Shown: positions 12,326 through 24,721, numbered from the stretch's first letter. The stretch: 64,000 nt of DNA from Camelus ferus (GCF_009834535.1 NC_045697.1:6884001-6948000), one strand, 5' to 3'. A program made the numbers and translations. Notes: a model not told the origin generated them from the letters alone.

Positions 12326-14050
12326 CCATTAGCCTGAATTTCATTGGTTAATTCTTTCCATTTCAATTTGGCTAATATTTGTCTTGAACCTGCTGTATGA
12401 CACAGCTGAGGGAAGACCTACAAGATCAGTTATGAACAGATGGATCTCAGCCTTCCTTGGAACCTTCATCTACAAAGAGACAGCAGGCCAGTACAAGGAA
12501 TGACAACTGAGACTGTCGACTCAACTGAAAGCTTCCTGAGAGCAGGGACATGTCTCTCTTCTAAACTGCCCTGTGTGCATCTTAAACACCCATTTGCACT
12601 CAATATGTACCATTGAACAAATTATTGGGCTGATTGGATCCACCCCAACTCCTACAGATTAGGTTAATGCTTTGCAATTATGTCTATTTGCGTTTTTAAA
12701 TCTGGAATCCACTTCGTGTAATGAATCACATCAGAGTCCCTGGCTCTAATTTTAGGAGACAGAATGTTACAGGGCTAGCAGCCATCTGTTTCCTTTGAGC
12801 AAATCTGCAACTGGAAAGTGTGAATGCAGATTTTTTATGGCATTTATTGCATTTTTATTATCAATTTTTTTTATTTTATTGACTGAAGGAAGTTTAGAAA
12901 ATAAAATTAGATCCAGAAGAAAATTAACATTACCTGGAGCTATTCTCTGTGAACATTTTGATATGTTTCCTTTCAGCTTTTATGTGTGTATGTAAAATGT
13001 GTGTGTATGTATATATGCATATATATGCAAATCTTGAAATATAGGCAAATACATAGTAAATAGTTAATTTGTGGTATATTATAACACTTGACAAAATAAT
13101 ATTATCTATGTTTCCAGAGTTTATGGCATGTATGACATATGGTAATTGACCTAGGTTTGGTGAGTACACATTGGTAGCACTCTTCTCACAGAGTTTAGAA
13201 GGTGTTGCATCCTCTTCAATTTCACTATCAGATGGTTTGTTACAATAAAGCAGAATGATGTCAGATTCAGGCTGAGTATTTGTACAGAAGCACAAAAATA
13301 ATCTCACTCATTTTTCTGTGGTTCAGGGAACTCCTCCTCCTACTCTCACTCCCCCAGAGCAGTCAGACTGATGCTTAGCATGGAAGGTGGAAACAGATGT
13401 TTAACACAGAATCCATTGGACTTGTGATTGGGTACAGTGATAACCCTACATGCCCTCCACATTTAGGATCAGTGGGACCCTGGACCTCAAACAATGCTCA
13501 GATGGTATTAAGGGACTGGTTTTGCTGTATTGATGCAACATTGGTAGATCCCTTGTAATATTCCTAATCACCTTGAATGTTACTCTTTTCATCAATAACA
13601 TGAATTTCTACCAAAATTTATGCTAATTAATACATTCTCTGGTGTAAATTTTAACAATATTATAAGTGTCATGTAACCACTCTGAAGGGAATGATTCTTG
13701 ATATGCACACTCTAAAATGCTAAGTAGCAGCTTGGAATTAAATTTTACCCAGAAACATCATACTATTTATACAGAAGTATTTTAAAATAAACTACCTTGC
13801 AGACATTATAAGCAATTAATAAATATCTTTGAAATATGCACATCTCTATGTAAATAATTATACTTGTTATATAAGAATCTATCTGTAGATTACATATTTG
13901 ACCATTCAGCCATAAACACAGACATGCTTGAACATAACAAATTTATGTTATTAAGTTTCAGCTCCAAAGATTTTTTAAAATTAGTGTTACACAATTTTCA
14001 CACCTACCTACTATTTCACATCCTGCTTTCTATAATTAGCAATCTATCTG

Positions 14051-14976
14051 TTTTGATTGAAGTATAGTCAGTTACAATGTGTCAGTTTCTGGTGTACAGC
14101 ATAATGTCCCAGTCATGCATATATATACATATATTCATTTTCTTATTTTTTTCATTAAAGGTTATTGAAAGATATTGAATATAGTTCCCTTTGTTATGTA
14201 TTTAAAAGAACAAACTTTTAAATCTATTTTTATACATTGTGGTTAACCTTTGTAAATCTCAAACTCCCAAATTTATCCCTTCCCACCTCCTTTCCCCCAG
14301 TAACCATAAAATTGTTTACCATATCTGTGAGTCTATTTCTGTTTTGTGGATGAGTTCATTAATGTCCTCTTTTTTCTTTTTTTTTTTTATTTTTTTTTAG
14401 ATTTCACATATGAGTGATATCATGTGATATTTTTCTTTCTCTTTCTGGCTTACTTCACTTAGAATGACGATCTCCAGGTCCATTCATGTTGCTGCAAATG
14501 GCATTATTTTACTCATTTTTTTTTTTAGCTGAGTAGTATTCCATTGTATAAATATACCACAACTTCTTTATGCAGTCATCAGTTGATGGACATTTAGGTT
14601 GCTTCCATGTCTTGGCTATTGTATATAGTGCTACCATGAACATAAGGGTGCATGTATCTTTTTGAATTAGAGTTTCCTCTAGATATGTGCCCAGAAGTGG
14701 GATTGCTGGATCATATGGTAAGTCTATTCCTAGTCTTTTGAGGAATCTCCATACTGTTTTCCATAATAGCTGCACCAAACTACATTCCAGCAAGCAGTGT
14801 AGGAGGGCTCCCTTTTCTTCTCATCCTCCCCAGCATTTATCATTTGTGGACTTTTTAATGATGGCCATTCTGACTGGTGTGAGATGATACCTCACTGTAG
14901 TTTTGATTTGAATTTCTCTGATAATTAGCAATATTGAATATTCTTTCATGTGCCTATTGGCCATTCACACGTCTTC
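14051..14976 (-). mobile_element. 5'-truncated L1 (camelid-like): ORF2 C-terminus and 3' UTR
   Basis: ORF 14509..14793(-) reads [26 protein letters not shown]...[29 protein letters not shown], the L1 ORF2 C-terminal domain. The 3' UTR ends in 'tatacttcaat' on the minus strand. Confidence 0.95.
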
Positions 14977-15471
14977 ACATCTTGAATGTTGTTTCCTTGC
15001 CATGAATATTCTTCAACTACAAGATGAAAATGAAACAAAATGAAGCTATTTCTTGTGGATTTTCTTTCCTAGATAATGTACAGTCCACTTCTTAAAGTAA
15101 AAAAGTGACTATTTATTACATGATCCTTATATGTCAGAAACAGTGTTGGAATTTTCAAACATCATCTCATTCCATTTTCATAATACGTATCTCAGAGGAT
15201 TTGTGTAACTTTTCTTAGTTTGTTTTCTAATATTGTTGCAAATGTTTTCAAATATGTGATACATTCTTATTATACTAAACTGTCTTAAAGAGCTTTTGAA
15301 AAATTGATACTTAAGAAACAAATACCAAATATCCATTCTAGGCAGCACATGGGGCCATTTTTAAATGCTAACTTATTCAATATTTATTCTCTCCTATAGC
15401 TGAGGGCTTGTCAAACCTTCTTTACAACTGCGCTGTCCTTTGATTCTTTAATCAGACACCTGAGGTGGTCT

Positions 15472-15600
15472 CATGGAATCAAAGAATCTCAGAGCTTTGG
15501 GGTCAGCTGGCCAAGTGTTCACCTAGTGCCCGACCATCTCTAGGACCAGGGACCTCCCTGCCTACTGAGACAGCCAACTCCCCTGCTGGCTTGGCTCTGA
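15472..15600. mobile_element. Possible L3/CR1 fragment
   Basis: 'gaatcaaagaatctcagagct...ggacctccctgcctactgagacagcc' resembles L3/CR1 3' sequence but is heavily diverged. Confidence 0.35.
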
Positions 15601-16084
15601 CTGCCAAAGCCCTGCATCATAGTTAGGAAAGGAGGTGATAGTAATGTCAGAAGATTGACACATTCTGGCTATCAGAGTGGCTTTTTCTTGCTGAAATCCA
15701 AAGGTTGGGCTTTCAACCACAAGATTTGGGTTTTAACTTTGTTGTACTCCAAGCTGACCGAACACTGTCCCTTCTTAGAGTAATGCCTTCCCCTGATCAG
15801 ATGGAGCCCACTGCAATGTTGAGGTTAGAATGCTGGCTTTGAAATGAGACACTTGTTTTGTGTCCCACCTACCATTAACTAGGAGTTGACAATTCAATTT
15901 TCCCTCTATTAGTCCTCTATGAATACCTGTTAATTTCTAGGTTCTGTAATCATTTTCAAAGATCACTTAGTAGGTAAAAGAATCTGAGTTAAGGAAAGGA
16001 ATGAACTTCAGAAATAAGATAATGAATCCTCACTTCCTCCATTTTCCATAGGAAAGAACATCTAAATTAACTTAAAAGTCCCTT

Positions 16085-16583
16085 CTCAGACATAAAAAAA
16101 AAAAAAAAAAAAAAAAAAAGTCATTTGCAGCAATACAGATGGACCTGGAGATCATTATTCTAAGTGAAGTAAGACAGAAAGAGAAAAAAATACCATATGA
16201 AATCACTCATATTTGGAATCTAGAAAGAAAAGAAAAGAAAAGAACAGGAAAAAAAAGAAGACACTAATGAATTTATCTACAAAACATAAATAGACTTACA
16301 GACATAATAAACAATCTTATGGTTACTGTTGGGAAAGGGGGTGGGAAGGGATAAAATGGGAGTTTGAGATTTGCAGAGACTAACTACTATATGTAAAATA
16401 GATAAACAAGTTTCTGCTGTATAGCACAGGGAACTATATTCACTATCTTATAGTAACCTATAATGAGACAGAATATGAAAACAAACGTATGTATGTATGT
16501 GTATGACTGAAGCATTGTGCTGTGCACCAGAGATTGATGTAACATTGTAAACTGAATATACTTCAATTAAAAAAAACAAAACA
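16085..16583 (+). mobile_element. 5'-truncated L1 3' UTR (camelid-like)
   Basis: 'catttgcagcaatacagatggacctggagatcattattctaagtgaagtaag' through 'gggagtttgagatttgcaga...aactgaatatacttcaatt' and an A tail. Confidence 0.92.
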
Positions 16584-16585
16584 TT

Positions 16586-17025
16586 GTATTAGTTTTCTAG
16601 GTCTGTCATAACAAATTATCAAACTTGGCTTAAAACAATAGAAATTGATGGAGTTATGGAGGCTAGAATCTGAAATCCAGTTGTCAGCAAGACCATGTTC
16701 CCTCTGAAGACTTAGGGGAGACTCCTTCCTTGCCTCTTCCAGCTTCTTGTGGCTCCCTGTATTCCTCGGTTCCTAACAGCATAATCACACTCTCTGCCCC
16801 CGTCTTCCCATGACCTTCTTCCCCGTATCTTTTTCTCTGTTATCTCCTTTTGTGACTTTGTAAGGACACCTGTCATCAGATTTAGGGCCCAGCCTAATCC
16901 AGGATGATTTCATCTCAATATCCTTATCTTATTTACATCTGCAAACACCCTTATTCCAAATAAGATCATGTTCCCTGGGTCTAGATGGACTTACCAGTGG
17001 GGAGCTACTGTTCAACTCATTATAC
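16586..17025 (-). mobile_element. MaLR solo LTR (MLT1B/C-like)
   Basis: TGTATTAGTTTTCTAGG...ATAACAAATTA, 'ccttccttgcctcttccagcttct', 'gatttagggcccagcctaatccaggatga', 'acatctgcaaacacccttattccaaataag'. Confidence 0.88.
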
Positions 17026-17204
17026 CATGGATTCCAAATCTCTGCCTTCTGGAAAATGCTACCAAACTCTGCCAAGTTCAAGCATTTGTGTATAGAAAAG
17101 GGAGCAAAGACATGGGACAGACTATCACCACTATAAATAAAAGTATGCTGTTATTTTTCATTAAATCTCAGTGGCCTTCCAGCTCTTTTCTCCCTCTGAA
17201 CAAT

Positions 17205-17400
17205 GCTTTGAATCCAGAGAGACCTGCATTTAACTGGCTTCTCTGTTCCTTAACTTGATGTGAGAGTTCGGGCAAGTGACTTAACCTCAATGGGATTCAG
17301 ATACCTCATATACAGAATAGGAATATTGAAGCTGACATACAGGGTTGTTGTGAAGATTAAATGACACCACGTGCATAAAATACCAAGCTTCCTGGCAGAC
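17205..17400 (+). mobile_element. MIR SINE
   Basis: 'gggcaagtgacttaacctc...acagggttgttgtgaagattaaatga'. Confidence 0.8.
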
Positions 17401-17919
17401 ACATCACAAAACACAGGGATGTTTTCACCCCCTACCTTTTCTGACTCACATTTCCAGTCTGAATTTCTACCACCGACCACATACAGAAAATCACATTCAC
17501 TGAGTGTAGATTTAAATTTAATTATCAGTGGCCATTTATTTCCTCTTTTTCAAAGTTCTTGTGAGGAAGAAAACTCTTGTGCCCATGTCCCACCAAAAAA
17601 TGTGAGCCTAATTCTGTTGTCCTGAGTTTCCTTTCATTCCTCCAAGGCCATTCTCTTAGCTTATCTGGAATTCGTTTAATCACTCTTTCATGTAACAGCT
17701 CCATGACACCAGGGTATCAGTTCATTCTGTATGTCTCAGGCCCCACTGTGTATCTGAAATGTGGTGGAGCTTTGTGCATGTTCACTGCCGGCTTCTAATT
17801 TCAAACGGCTAAAAGGTGTTCATCCCTCAGGTCTATGTCCTCTTTTTCACTCGAGATTGGAACCTTGTATTTCCTCCAATGTGTTTTAACCCCAGACAAC
17901 CCTCTTCCTTCACCTTGCA

Positions 17920-18445
17920 CGTGCCATCTGCCCCTCTACCTCTTGTATCCACCTGGTGCAGAGCAAAGCCCAGAACCATCATTGCACTGGGCTGGGAACT
18001 GGTGCAGCCCTGCCTTTGTCCTGAGAGGCCTCCAGAGATGCTCTAACTCCCAGGGCAGCCATACCCTCAGGCTTGGGGTTGTGTTTGGTGTTGTTAGAGG
18101 AGAGAAGAGAGCGGCAATGGTAAGGCACTGAAACCATGAAGAAAGTGATGTTGGAGGTCTTGCTTTCCTGACTCCTTTGGGGCTGGGTTGCCCTCTACCA
18201 AACCTCAGCTTTTATCAGGTGGTTCTTTGCATGCATTTCTCTGTTTGGAAGCTGGTATCACTCCCTTCCCTTGTCCCTTCATACCCATGGGTGGCAACAG
18301 CGCCCCCCTTTTTCCAGCACCGGAACTGAACTATCCCATGTCGTCCTCCTTAAACTCTGACCACATCTTTATAATGAGACCCTCTCCTCAAGCTTCCCAA
18401 CTGGAGTATACCATCTTTTTCCTGTCTGGACTCTGGCAAATGCAG
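17920..18445 (+). mobile_element. ERVL LTR (LTR33-like)
   Basis: 'cccttgtcccttcatacccatgggtggcaacagc' and 3' end 'gagtataccatctttttcctgtctggactctggcaaatgca' follow the remembered LTR33 organisation. The 5' boundary is uncertain. Confidence 0.65.
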
Positions 18446-18520
18446 TAAGTTACATCGCAGGTGGCACCAGAAAAAAAAAAAGACCCTCAAAATGAGATGC
18501 TGGGGTTAAGATGCTCAAAT
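18446..18520 (+). mobile_element. Start of ERVL internal region (ERV3-16A3-like leader) after the LTR
   Basis: 'ggtggcaccagaaaa...agaccctcaaaatgagatgctgggg' resembles the leader following LTR33/LTR16-type LTRs. Confidence 0.45.
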
Positions 18521-18565
18521 ATGTAAGGTGCACAAATAGCAGTAGGGAAATGGAATAGGGGAGTC

Positions 18566-18820
18566 TGTGTCCTGCAGAGACACTGTAATTATGAAATTAT
18601 CCCCAGTAAAGGCATGGGGTGCAGAGAAAATGCAGAATGCAGCATTGGCAGAGCCACGACAACTGGGACCACAGAGACATGGCTCTGCGGCTCTCCCCTC
18701 ACTCCCACGGAAGCTCGCCCTGCTGGACTTTTCACTTAAGGATCAGAATCAAACACTTCCCTGCTTTCTTTATTGGGGTTTCTGTTATTTGCTCCTCAAC
18801 CCCATCACATACACACACAC
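18566..18820 (+). mobile_element. Possible old MaLR LTR fragment
   Basis: 3'-like 'tttattggggtttctgttatttgc'. Confidence 0.35.
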
Positions 18821-18894
18821 ATGAACAGACATATTTCGGTGACATTGAGAGAGATCAGAGGAGTGGAAGAGGGGAAGGAAGTAAAGAGGGGAAA

Positions 18895-19020
18895 AAAAAA
18901 AAAGATGCGAGAGATTTTATAAGACTTGTCCAAGCTCCCAGAGCTGCTAAGTGGGAAAACCTAAACCCAGACACCTAACCCCACATCTGCAGTACATTTC
19001 CACTCTCCACCACTGCCCCT
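18895..19020 (-). mobile_element. MIR fragment
   Basis: 'gacttgtccaagctcccagagctgctaagtgg...aaacccag'. Confidence 0.6.
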
Positions 19021-19629
19021 TCCAGTGAGTGTAGTTTACCCCTATGGAAACCACCGATTCAGTCTCAGCTGAAAACTTGCTTAAGGTTCTTAAATTCTTG
19101 AACAGGTAGCAGTAGTACAGAGATCAGCATCCCAGACTGGTCTCTCCCATTTGCAACATTCAAAGGACAGCTCGCTTGCTGTGATGTCTCTGTGTGGGTA
19201 GCATCTTCCCCAGTGTAGGACATCAAACACTTAATCTCTGAATGCTGCTCTGGATCTCCGGCTCTCTCTGTAAATACCCTCGTTACCTTTGAAGGAGCAC
19301 AGCAAGTACTTAAGATCCTTTGATGAAAGGCCCCTTAATTGAATCCTTTGAATAATGAGTCATTATTATCCCTTTCATGAGGAGGATGCCGGCAGTATCC
19401 CGTAATGGGAATTGACAAGATCTGAGAAGAGTCTAAAGTCAGGTCTTCTAAACTATCACTGCTCATAATTAGCATAGATATGATCATTAACAAGCCCCAT
19501 GTCCCCTATCGGGAAGAGAAGCACATGGTGGATTCTCTCCGGAAATTGTGTCCGTGGGTCACGCAGAGAAACCCGGAGCCAGTCAGGAGGCAGACGTTGT
19601 GATGCCGAAGGCACTCCCTGAGGAGTCAG

Positions 19630-19730
19630 GGGACCCTCACTCAAATCTCAGGGCTGCCTCTGGTCTTGGGAAAGCCGTGTGGCCTCTGTGTCCCAGATCC
19701 TTCATCTGTAAAAGGGGAGTAAGTTATATT
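19630..19730 (+). mobile_element. MIR fragment
   Basis: 'cttgggaaagcc...cctctgtgtcccagatccttcatctgtaaaagggg'. Confidence 0.6.
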
Positions 19731-20121
19731 TTGACAACCACATGAAGAGCATCCTCAATTTGAAAAATGCCATGTGGTTGCAAGCTGTCTTCATCAGCAT
19801 CATCCTTGTTGCTGATAGTTAAACGTAGCAACAGAGGTATGGTTTCTGCTTTATCCTTTCATGATTATTTGGTTTTGATAATTGCATTTATTATATAGTC
19901 AAACTCCAAAGATCTTAGACATTGCAATTCAGTCAAAAAAAAAAAAAAAAAAAAGCAATTCACCATGATTTTCTCTTCTTTCCTCTCTCCCTCTTTCCTC
20001 TGCCCACTTTTTAAACTTTTTCTTATTTTTCTTCCATTTTTCTTTCCTTCCTTCATGATCCTCAATTCTCCCACAAGAGAGGTCAAAATAATTTCTCTAT
20101 CTTTTCACCAATATCAAACAT

Positions 20122-20585
20122 GGTTTCAGTAGCTTTTGCTACAAGGATCCTGTGTAACACACCAGACTGAACTTAGTGGCATACTTGACAATGTAAAATC
20201 AGTTTCTCACTCACATGTCTGTGTGTTGGCTGGAGTTTGACCCATCTAGTCTGGGCTGAGTTCAGCTGAACTCCAAGATACGAGTCAGGTTTAGATCTGC
20301 TCCAGCATCTCTCAACCTCTTGGCTGTTTGAACCAGCAGATACTCAAGGCGTGCTCTTCTCGTAATGAAAGCAGTTGTACAAGTGGGTAGTCCCTACCAC
20401 ATGAACACATGCTATGCCGTTGCTCAAATACCATCCATGAACACCCCATTGATTAAATCAAGTCATGTGGCCAAGCCCCAAGTCAAGGGGTGAGGAAGTG
20501 TAATTAACCCTCCAATCACACGGCAAACCTAAAATCAAGGGAGTAAAAAGGGATGAAGTATTCGCTGTACAATCGTCTACTGCAT
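20122..20585 (-). mobile_element. MaLR LTR (MLT1H/I-like)
   Basis: 'tcaggtttagatctgctcca', 'ccattgattaaatcaagtcatgtggccaagccccaagtcaaggggtgaggaagt'. Confidence 0.78.
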
Positions 20586-20857
20586 CACAGATAATACCAT
20601 TTAAGACCCTTTGCCAAACTGACGCAGTACATTTCACCTGCGTTTCTTTCATGCCTTCCAAAAAATACTTTATAAAAGAGTTTTTAAACTTCTTTTGCCT
20701 TTCTACCTTTGTGAATAACTCTTTCATGTGGTTTCTGTGGGGGCATTTCTCATAATGAGTCGCTAGAGAATTTTATAAACTGGGGATATTCGTCTTTTCA
20801 TGTATCAAGGAAAACTACTGTAGGTTATCCTCTGCTTCTCATTTTCACTTTGGTCGG

Positions 20858-21003
20858 CAAATTTAAATTTCTTTCTATGTTCAAGTCTATGAAATTTTAT
20901 GTTTATGATTTCTGCCTTAGATATCATGCTTAGGAGACCTTCCCTGTCACAAGGTGATAAGCCTACGTTTTTCTTATGGTTCTATTTTGTGTTCATGCTT
21001 TTA
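20858..21003 (-). mobile_element. Old L1 ORF2 fragment
   Basis: 'tttatgatttctgccttagatatcatgcttaggagaccttccctgtcacaagg'. Confidence 0.6.
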
Positions 21004-21120
21004 ATACATACACACACACACACACACTCTCATCTCTCTCTATAACACACCTATATACATATATACACACATGCACATATATCTCTCTATACATACACAC
21101 AGATTTATATACATATATAT
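21004..21120. repeat. (CA)n/(TA)n compound microsatellite
   Basis: Directly visible. Confidence 0.85.
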
Positions 21121-21964
21121 TCCCCCTCTAGTACAGTTTTGAGAAAGTTGTCCTTTCATATTCCTAAATAAATAACCTATTTTATGTCTATGATGAGCCG
21201 TAAAGGAGGATTTAACCAAAGGGGTGAGTGCTCTGAGCGGGGGGCAGTGTGTGGGTGGTTAAGGGAATTAGGCCACCCAGGGCACAGGCACCATGTGAGC
21301 GGGGCAGGCCTGCTGCAGAGTGTGTGCAGGTGGGGCTTTACATGCTCACAACCCCCAGAGCACAGGCTTGGTGTGCCGCAGTGGTGAGAGGTCGGGGGCT
21401 GAATCACCGTGGACTCAAGGTCACAGTGAGGACTCCAGCAGTTACTTCATGGACGATGGGCAGTGTCCTCTGCTCCACATTTATATTAGTCACTTCGGAC
21501 TCCAAGAGGCCCGGCAGCAGGGAGCAGGGTAGATAGCCAGCCCCAGGAGCACACGGTCTATTCTTAGCATCCAGCTTCTCTCTCTGCTAGAAGAGAAAGA
21601 AACTGCCCTCTGTTCCTGCTGGACCACTCGCCAGACTAAAGGCTTGACTCGGAGGAAGGGAGGACTGCTGGGGTTTGGGGCAGGGGAAGCAATCCATTTG
21701 ATCCAGGAGAGGAGGTCCATCCCCATGGCAGCCAATGAAATCTGCATATCATCTTGACTGTCTGAGATCAAAAGGCTCACATCAAAAGGTGGCAGAAAAC
21801 TCTTGTTAAAATAGCCCTGTCTTGATGCTTCCAAAGCGTTAGATTGAATTCAATCAAAGTGCAACATTCACGGGGAGCCCCTGAAGAGACATTCACATCA
21901 GGACAAGCAGTTCCTGAAGAGGCCAACGATTCCATTCAGGAAGTTTTAATTCAAGACTGGTCTA

Positions 21965-22210
21965 GGCTGTCACAAGACTGAGAACTCTGGGGCCGCAGGG
22001 AAACAAAAGAAGTTTCTCAACCCCAAGGAGTTCACAGTCTAATTGACAATCAGGAATATATCGCAATCACAATGCGGCTCGTGCTAAAAGACAAATTTAA
22101 GAAAACTGCTACAGGATTAATAGAAAGAAAGAGAGAGACAGGGAGAGAGATTGAATTGGATCAAGTAATCAGGGCAGCCATCCTTGAAGCAGTGGGATTT
22201 AGGCAGGCCT
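21965..22210 (-). mobile_element. L2 fragment
   Basis: 'ccccaaggagttcacagtctaattg', 'aatcagggcagccatccttgaagcagtgggatttaggcaggcct'. Confidence 0.6.
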
Positions 22211-22249
22211 AGATTTATTCTCAGGGTGAAATATTAATAGTAACACAGC

Positions 22250-23271
22250 CAGGGTCAGCTACATAATTTGCAAGGCCAGAGCAAAATAAAAAAAAAATGA
22301 GTCCCTTGTTCCAAAGGCAGAAGGAGTTCCACTAAAAAACAAAAATTAAAGCTTTTTTTTTTCCCTTAGTGGTGTCTCTCTTAACTTGTCATGATTTTTT
22401 ATTTGCATTTAATGCAATCTCAGTAAATACAAATTGAAGTTTTAAGTTATTAACACAGAATTTCCCACTTGTCTTTACATGGTGCAGTATTAGTCTTAAA
22501 TGTAAGTATAAGAACATTATCTCATAATCAGAATTGCCAAAACTGCACAGTTCATGTTTTATAACTCCTATGCCCATATGCATTTTGTTCTTACCATGAT
22601 GGTGGAAGTAATGCACAAAGCGAGCTCCACTGTTTTCCTCTCCCTTCTTTATAAGCACATATTCAACCAACATGCCCTACCTTTGTTTTACTGATGAATA
22701 AGGAAGGACTAAAAGGAACAAGACAGTGGGATGTTCCATCTTTCTCTTTCCTGCTATGTCATCATTTTCAGGGTAAGTGGTTGGCTAATACACGGTAGTA
22801 ACAGGAGCAGGAGAGAAGATTGAGTGCCTCCTTGGTCTTTGTGTGTTTCTTTGAGTGACATTGCCTTATTTCTGTGTTTGAAGCAAGTTCCAGTTCAAAG
22901 AGAAAATACAGCCTTCCTGAGCTGTTAGCACATTTACTTCATCAAAGACATAACACAGTTAGCCTGTATTGGCTTTGAATCTCCTTGAACGTTCATGCAA
23001 CATGAATCTACTAGAACTCTGTGCTCACGGAGATTGGCAGCGCCATGTGCAATGGAGTGAAGAGGAATGGTGGACGGACCAATCGTGCTCATCTCCTCAA
23101 CTTATGGGCAAGCTCTATCGTGCTGCGGGACTTTGCTTACAAAAAACAAGCTCAAAGATAAAATTATAAAGAATTTCAAGAAGGTGATAATGGAACATTA
23201 AACGGAGCAAGATGCTCTTCTGAGAACCAGGCTCTGTGTGAGCCCCCAGGTCGTATCTAAAGCTGACTCTA
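22250..23271 (-). mobile_element. Near full-length hAT-Tip100 non-autonomous DNA transposon (MER45B-like)
   Basis: Left end CAGGGTCAGCTACATAATTTGCAAGGCCAGAGCAAAATAAAA..CCCTTGTTC. Right end 'aaaattataaagaatttcaagaaggtga...cattaaac...caggtcgtatctaaagctgactcta'. Length ~1020 bp; 8-bp TSD AACACAGC/ACAACAGC. Confidence 0.85.
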
Positions 23272-23500
23272 ACAACAGCTGTTATTTGTGATCGAGCACT
23301 TAGACTTGACACTGTGATAAGTACTCTCTCCCTATATTACTTAATTTAGTTTTCACAGTAGTCTTTTAAGTATCCCCATTATATGGATGATAGGACTGAG
23401 GTTTAAGAGATTAAAGTGTTTTGACCAAGATCCTACAGCTGGCAAATGCGGGCACCAGACTCAAACACCTGCTACCTGACCCCCCAGCTCCCAAGCCCTG
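23272..23500 (-). mobile_element. MIR SINE
   Basis: 'tatccccattatatggatgataggactgaggtttaagagattaaagtgttttgaccaagatcctacagctggcaaatg'. Confidence 0.8.
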
Positions 23501-23949
23501 GACCTCTGCTGTCTCTTTGTGGGGGTGGAAGGGGCAGCCAAAGGGCCTTCCAGACAAAGCGGGGAGAATGTGGGCTTGGAGAATGTGTATCCTCCTGAAT
23601 TAACCAATAATAAAGGAATTCATACATTTCTCATTTAATCAGCACCTTCTAGGATATTTGCATTGTATCAGCATTTGAGCAATTTCTTGGGGTAGAGTAG
23701 AACTTTTTTTTTCTTTCTAGCAAATCTTCCTTTGGAAGTAATTCTATTCCCACTCTGAGAGAATCCCATTAATTCTGTGATGTTCAGAAGCAACAATGCT
23801 TGGCATGTAAGATTACTGGGAGAATGAAAGGAGGGAAGCCATGAAAAGGTCTTAAAGCAATTCTTAGCACAAAGCGCTGTACAGATAGCAGGCAATGCTT
23901 TTTTTTTTTTTCTTTAAATTACCGTTTCAAGAAAAATAAGTTACCCAAG

Positions 23950-24322
23950 ACAAGCCGATCAAAGTCCTCCTTGAAAATTTAGCTGAAACTCTTCATAAAA
24001 ATGATTCCTCTTTCTCTGGAATCATAAGCTGTAAAAATCAAGGAAGCCTACAGCTTCTGGGGGCCAACTTGATTCTCTATAGAGAGAGTTTGTTTAAGAA
24101 CGAGGCCAAGCAGCGAGAAGAAGGTGACCTGAAAATGGAGAGAGAGGGAGGGAGAGAAAGACAGGGAGAGAGAGAGGGAGAAAGATTACGTTACTTGAAC
24201 TATTATATCTTGCCATATCTAATGCTAACCCCCTCAGATTTCCAGGCACACTTCTTTTCTCCCTTAATTTAACTTGAGTTGTGCTTTTGCCACTTGTAGC
24301 CTATAAAAGAGTTCTGATTATT
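23950..24322 (+). mobile_element. MaLR LTR (MLT1K-like)
   Basis: 'agaacgaggccaagcagcgagaag' and 3' 'ttgagttgtgcttttgccacttgtagcc...aagagttctgatta'. Confidence 0.65.
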
Positions 24323-24721
24323 TACTTTAGGAACACACTAGGGTCCACACATGCAAAGTTAAATGGAGAGTTGTGATGATTTGTTCACTCTTTATTCACT
24401 ATTAAATGAATCAACATATTCAACAAGTCAACTTTTTTTTTTCTTTGCTTGCCAATTGCATCCTTGGTATATGGTAGGCGCTATGCATACAACATTCTTA
24501 GGGAACTTTGAAACACTAACAAATGCTGACAAGTTCTACAGTCGGTAGTCAAACATTCTAGATTGCCATGGATAGGACTGGTTCATACCTGTCGTCCGGT
24601 AATAATTACTAATAACATTCTTCTTACTCTTGAAAGGGTTTTGGTTTGGAAGACAAGTCATGCGGCCCCACAGTATGATGGGATTATATATAAGGTGCAG
24701 TGGCAGCTTAGGGAAAAGAAA

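Noticed and set aside
12930..13307. 125-aa minus-strand ORF with acidic 'SDSEIEED'
   Set aside because: Non-ATG start, runs into a (TA/TG) repeat, has no recognisable domain and no convincing splice sites. A blastx search would settle it.
14509..14887. ORFs 14509..14793 and 14687..14887 (also 31660..31922 and 47470..49218) as genes
   Set aside because: They are sense or antisense translations of truncated L1 ORF2.
14015..14985. TTCACATCCTG / TTCACATCTTG as the TSD of the 14-kb L1 with a short 3' transduction
   Set aside because: The match is short, partly overlaps L1-derived bases, is offset ~25 bp from the 3' end, and has no poly(T) or EN site.
15694..15734. Small hairpin (AAATCCAAA-GGTTG...CAACC...TTTGGGTTT) as a pre-miRNA
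   Set aside because: The stem is too short and bulged, at a level expected by chance.
16094..16119. A26 tract as a processed-pseudogene tail
   Set aside because: Its flanks ('ctcagacat' and 'gtcatttgcagc') match the A-rich end of L1 ORF2, so it is an internal homopolymer expansion.
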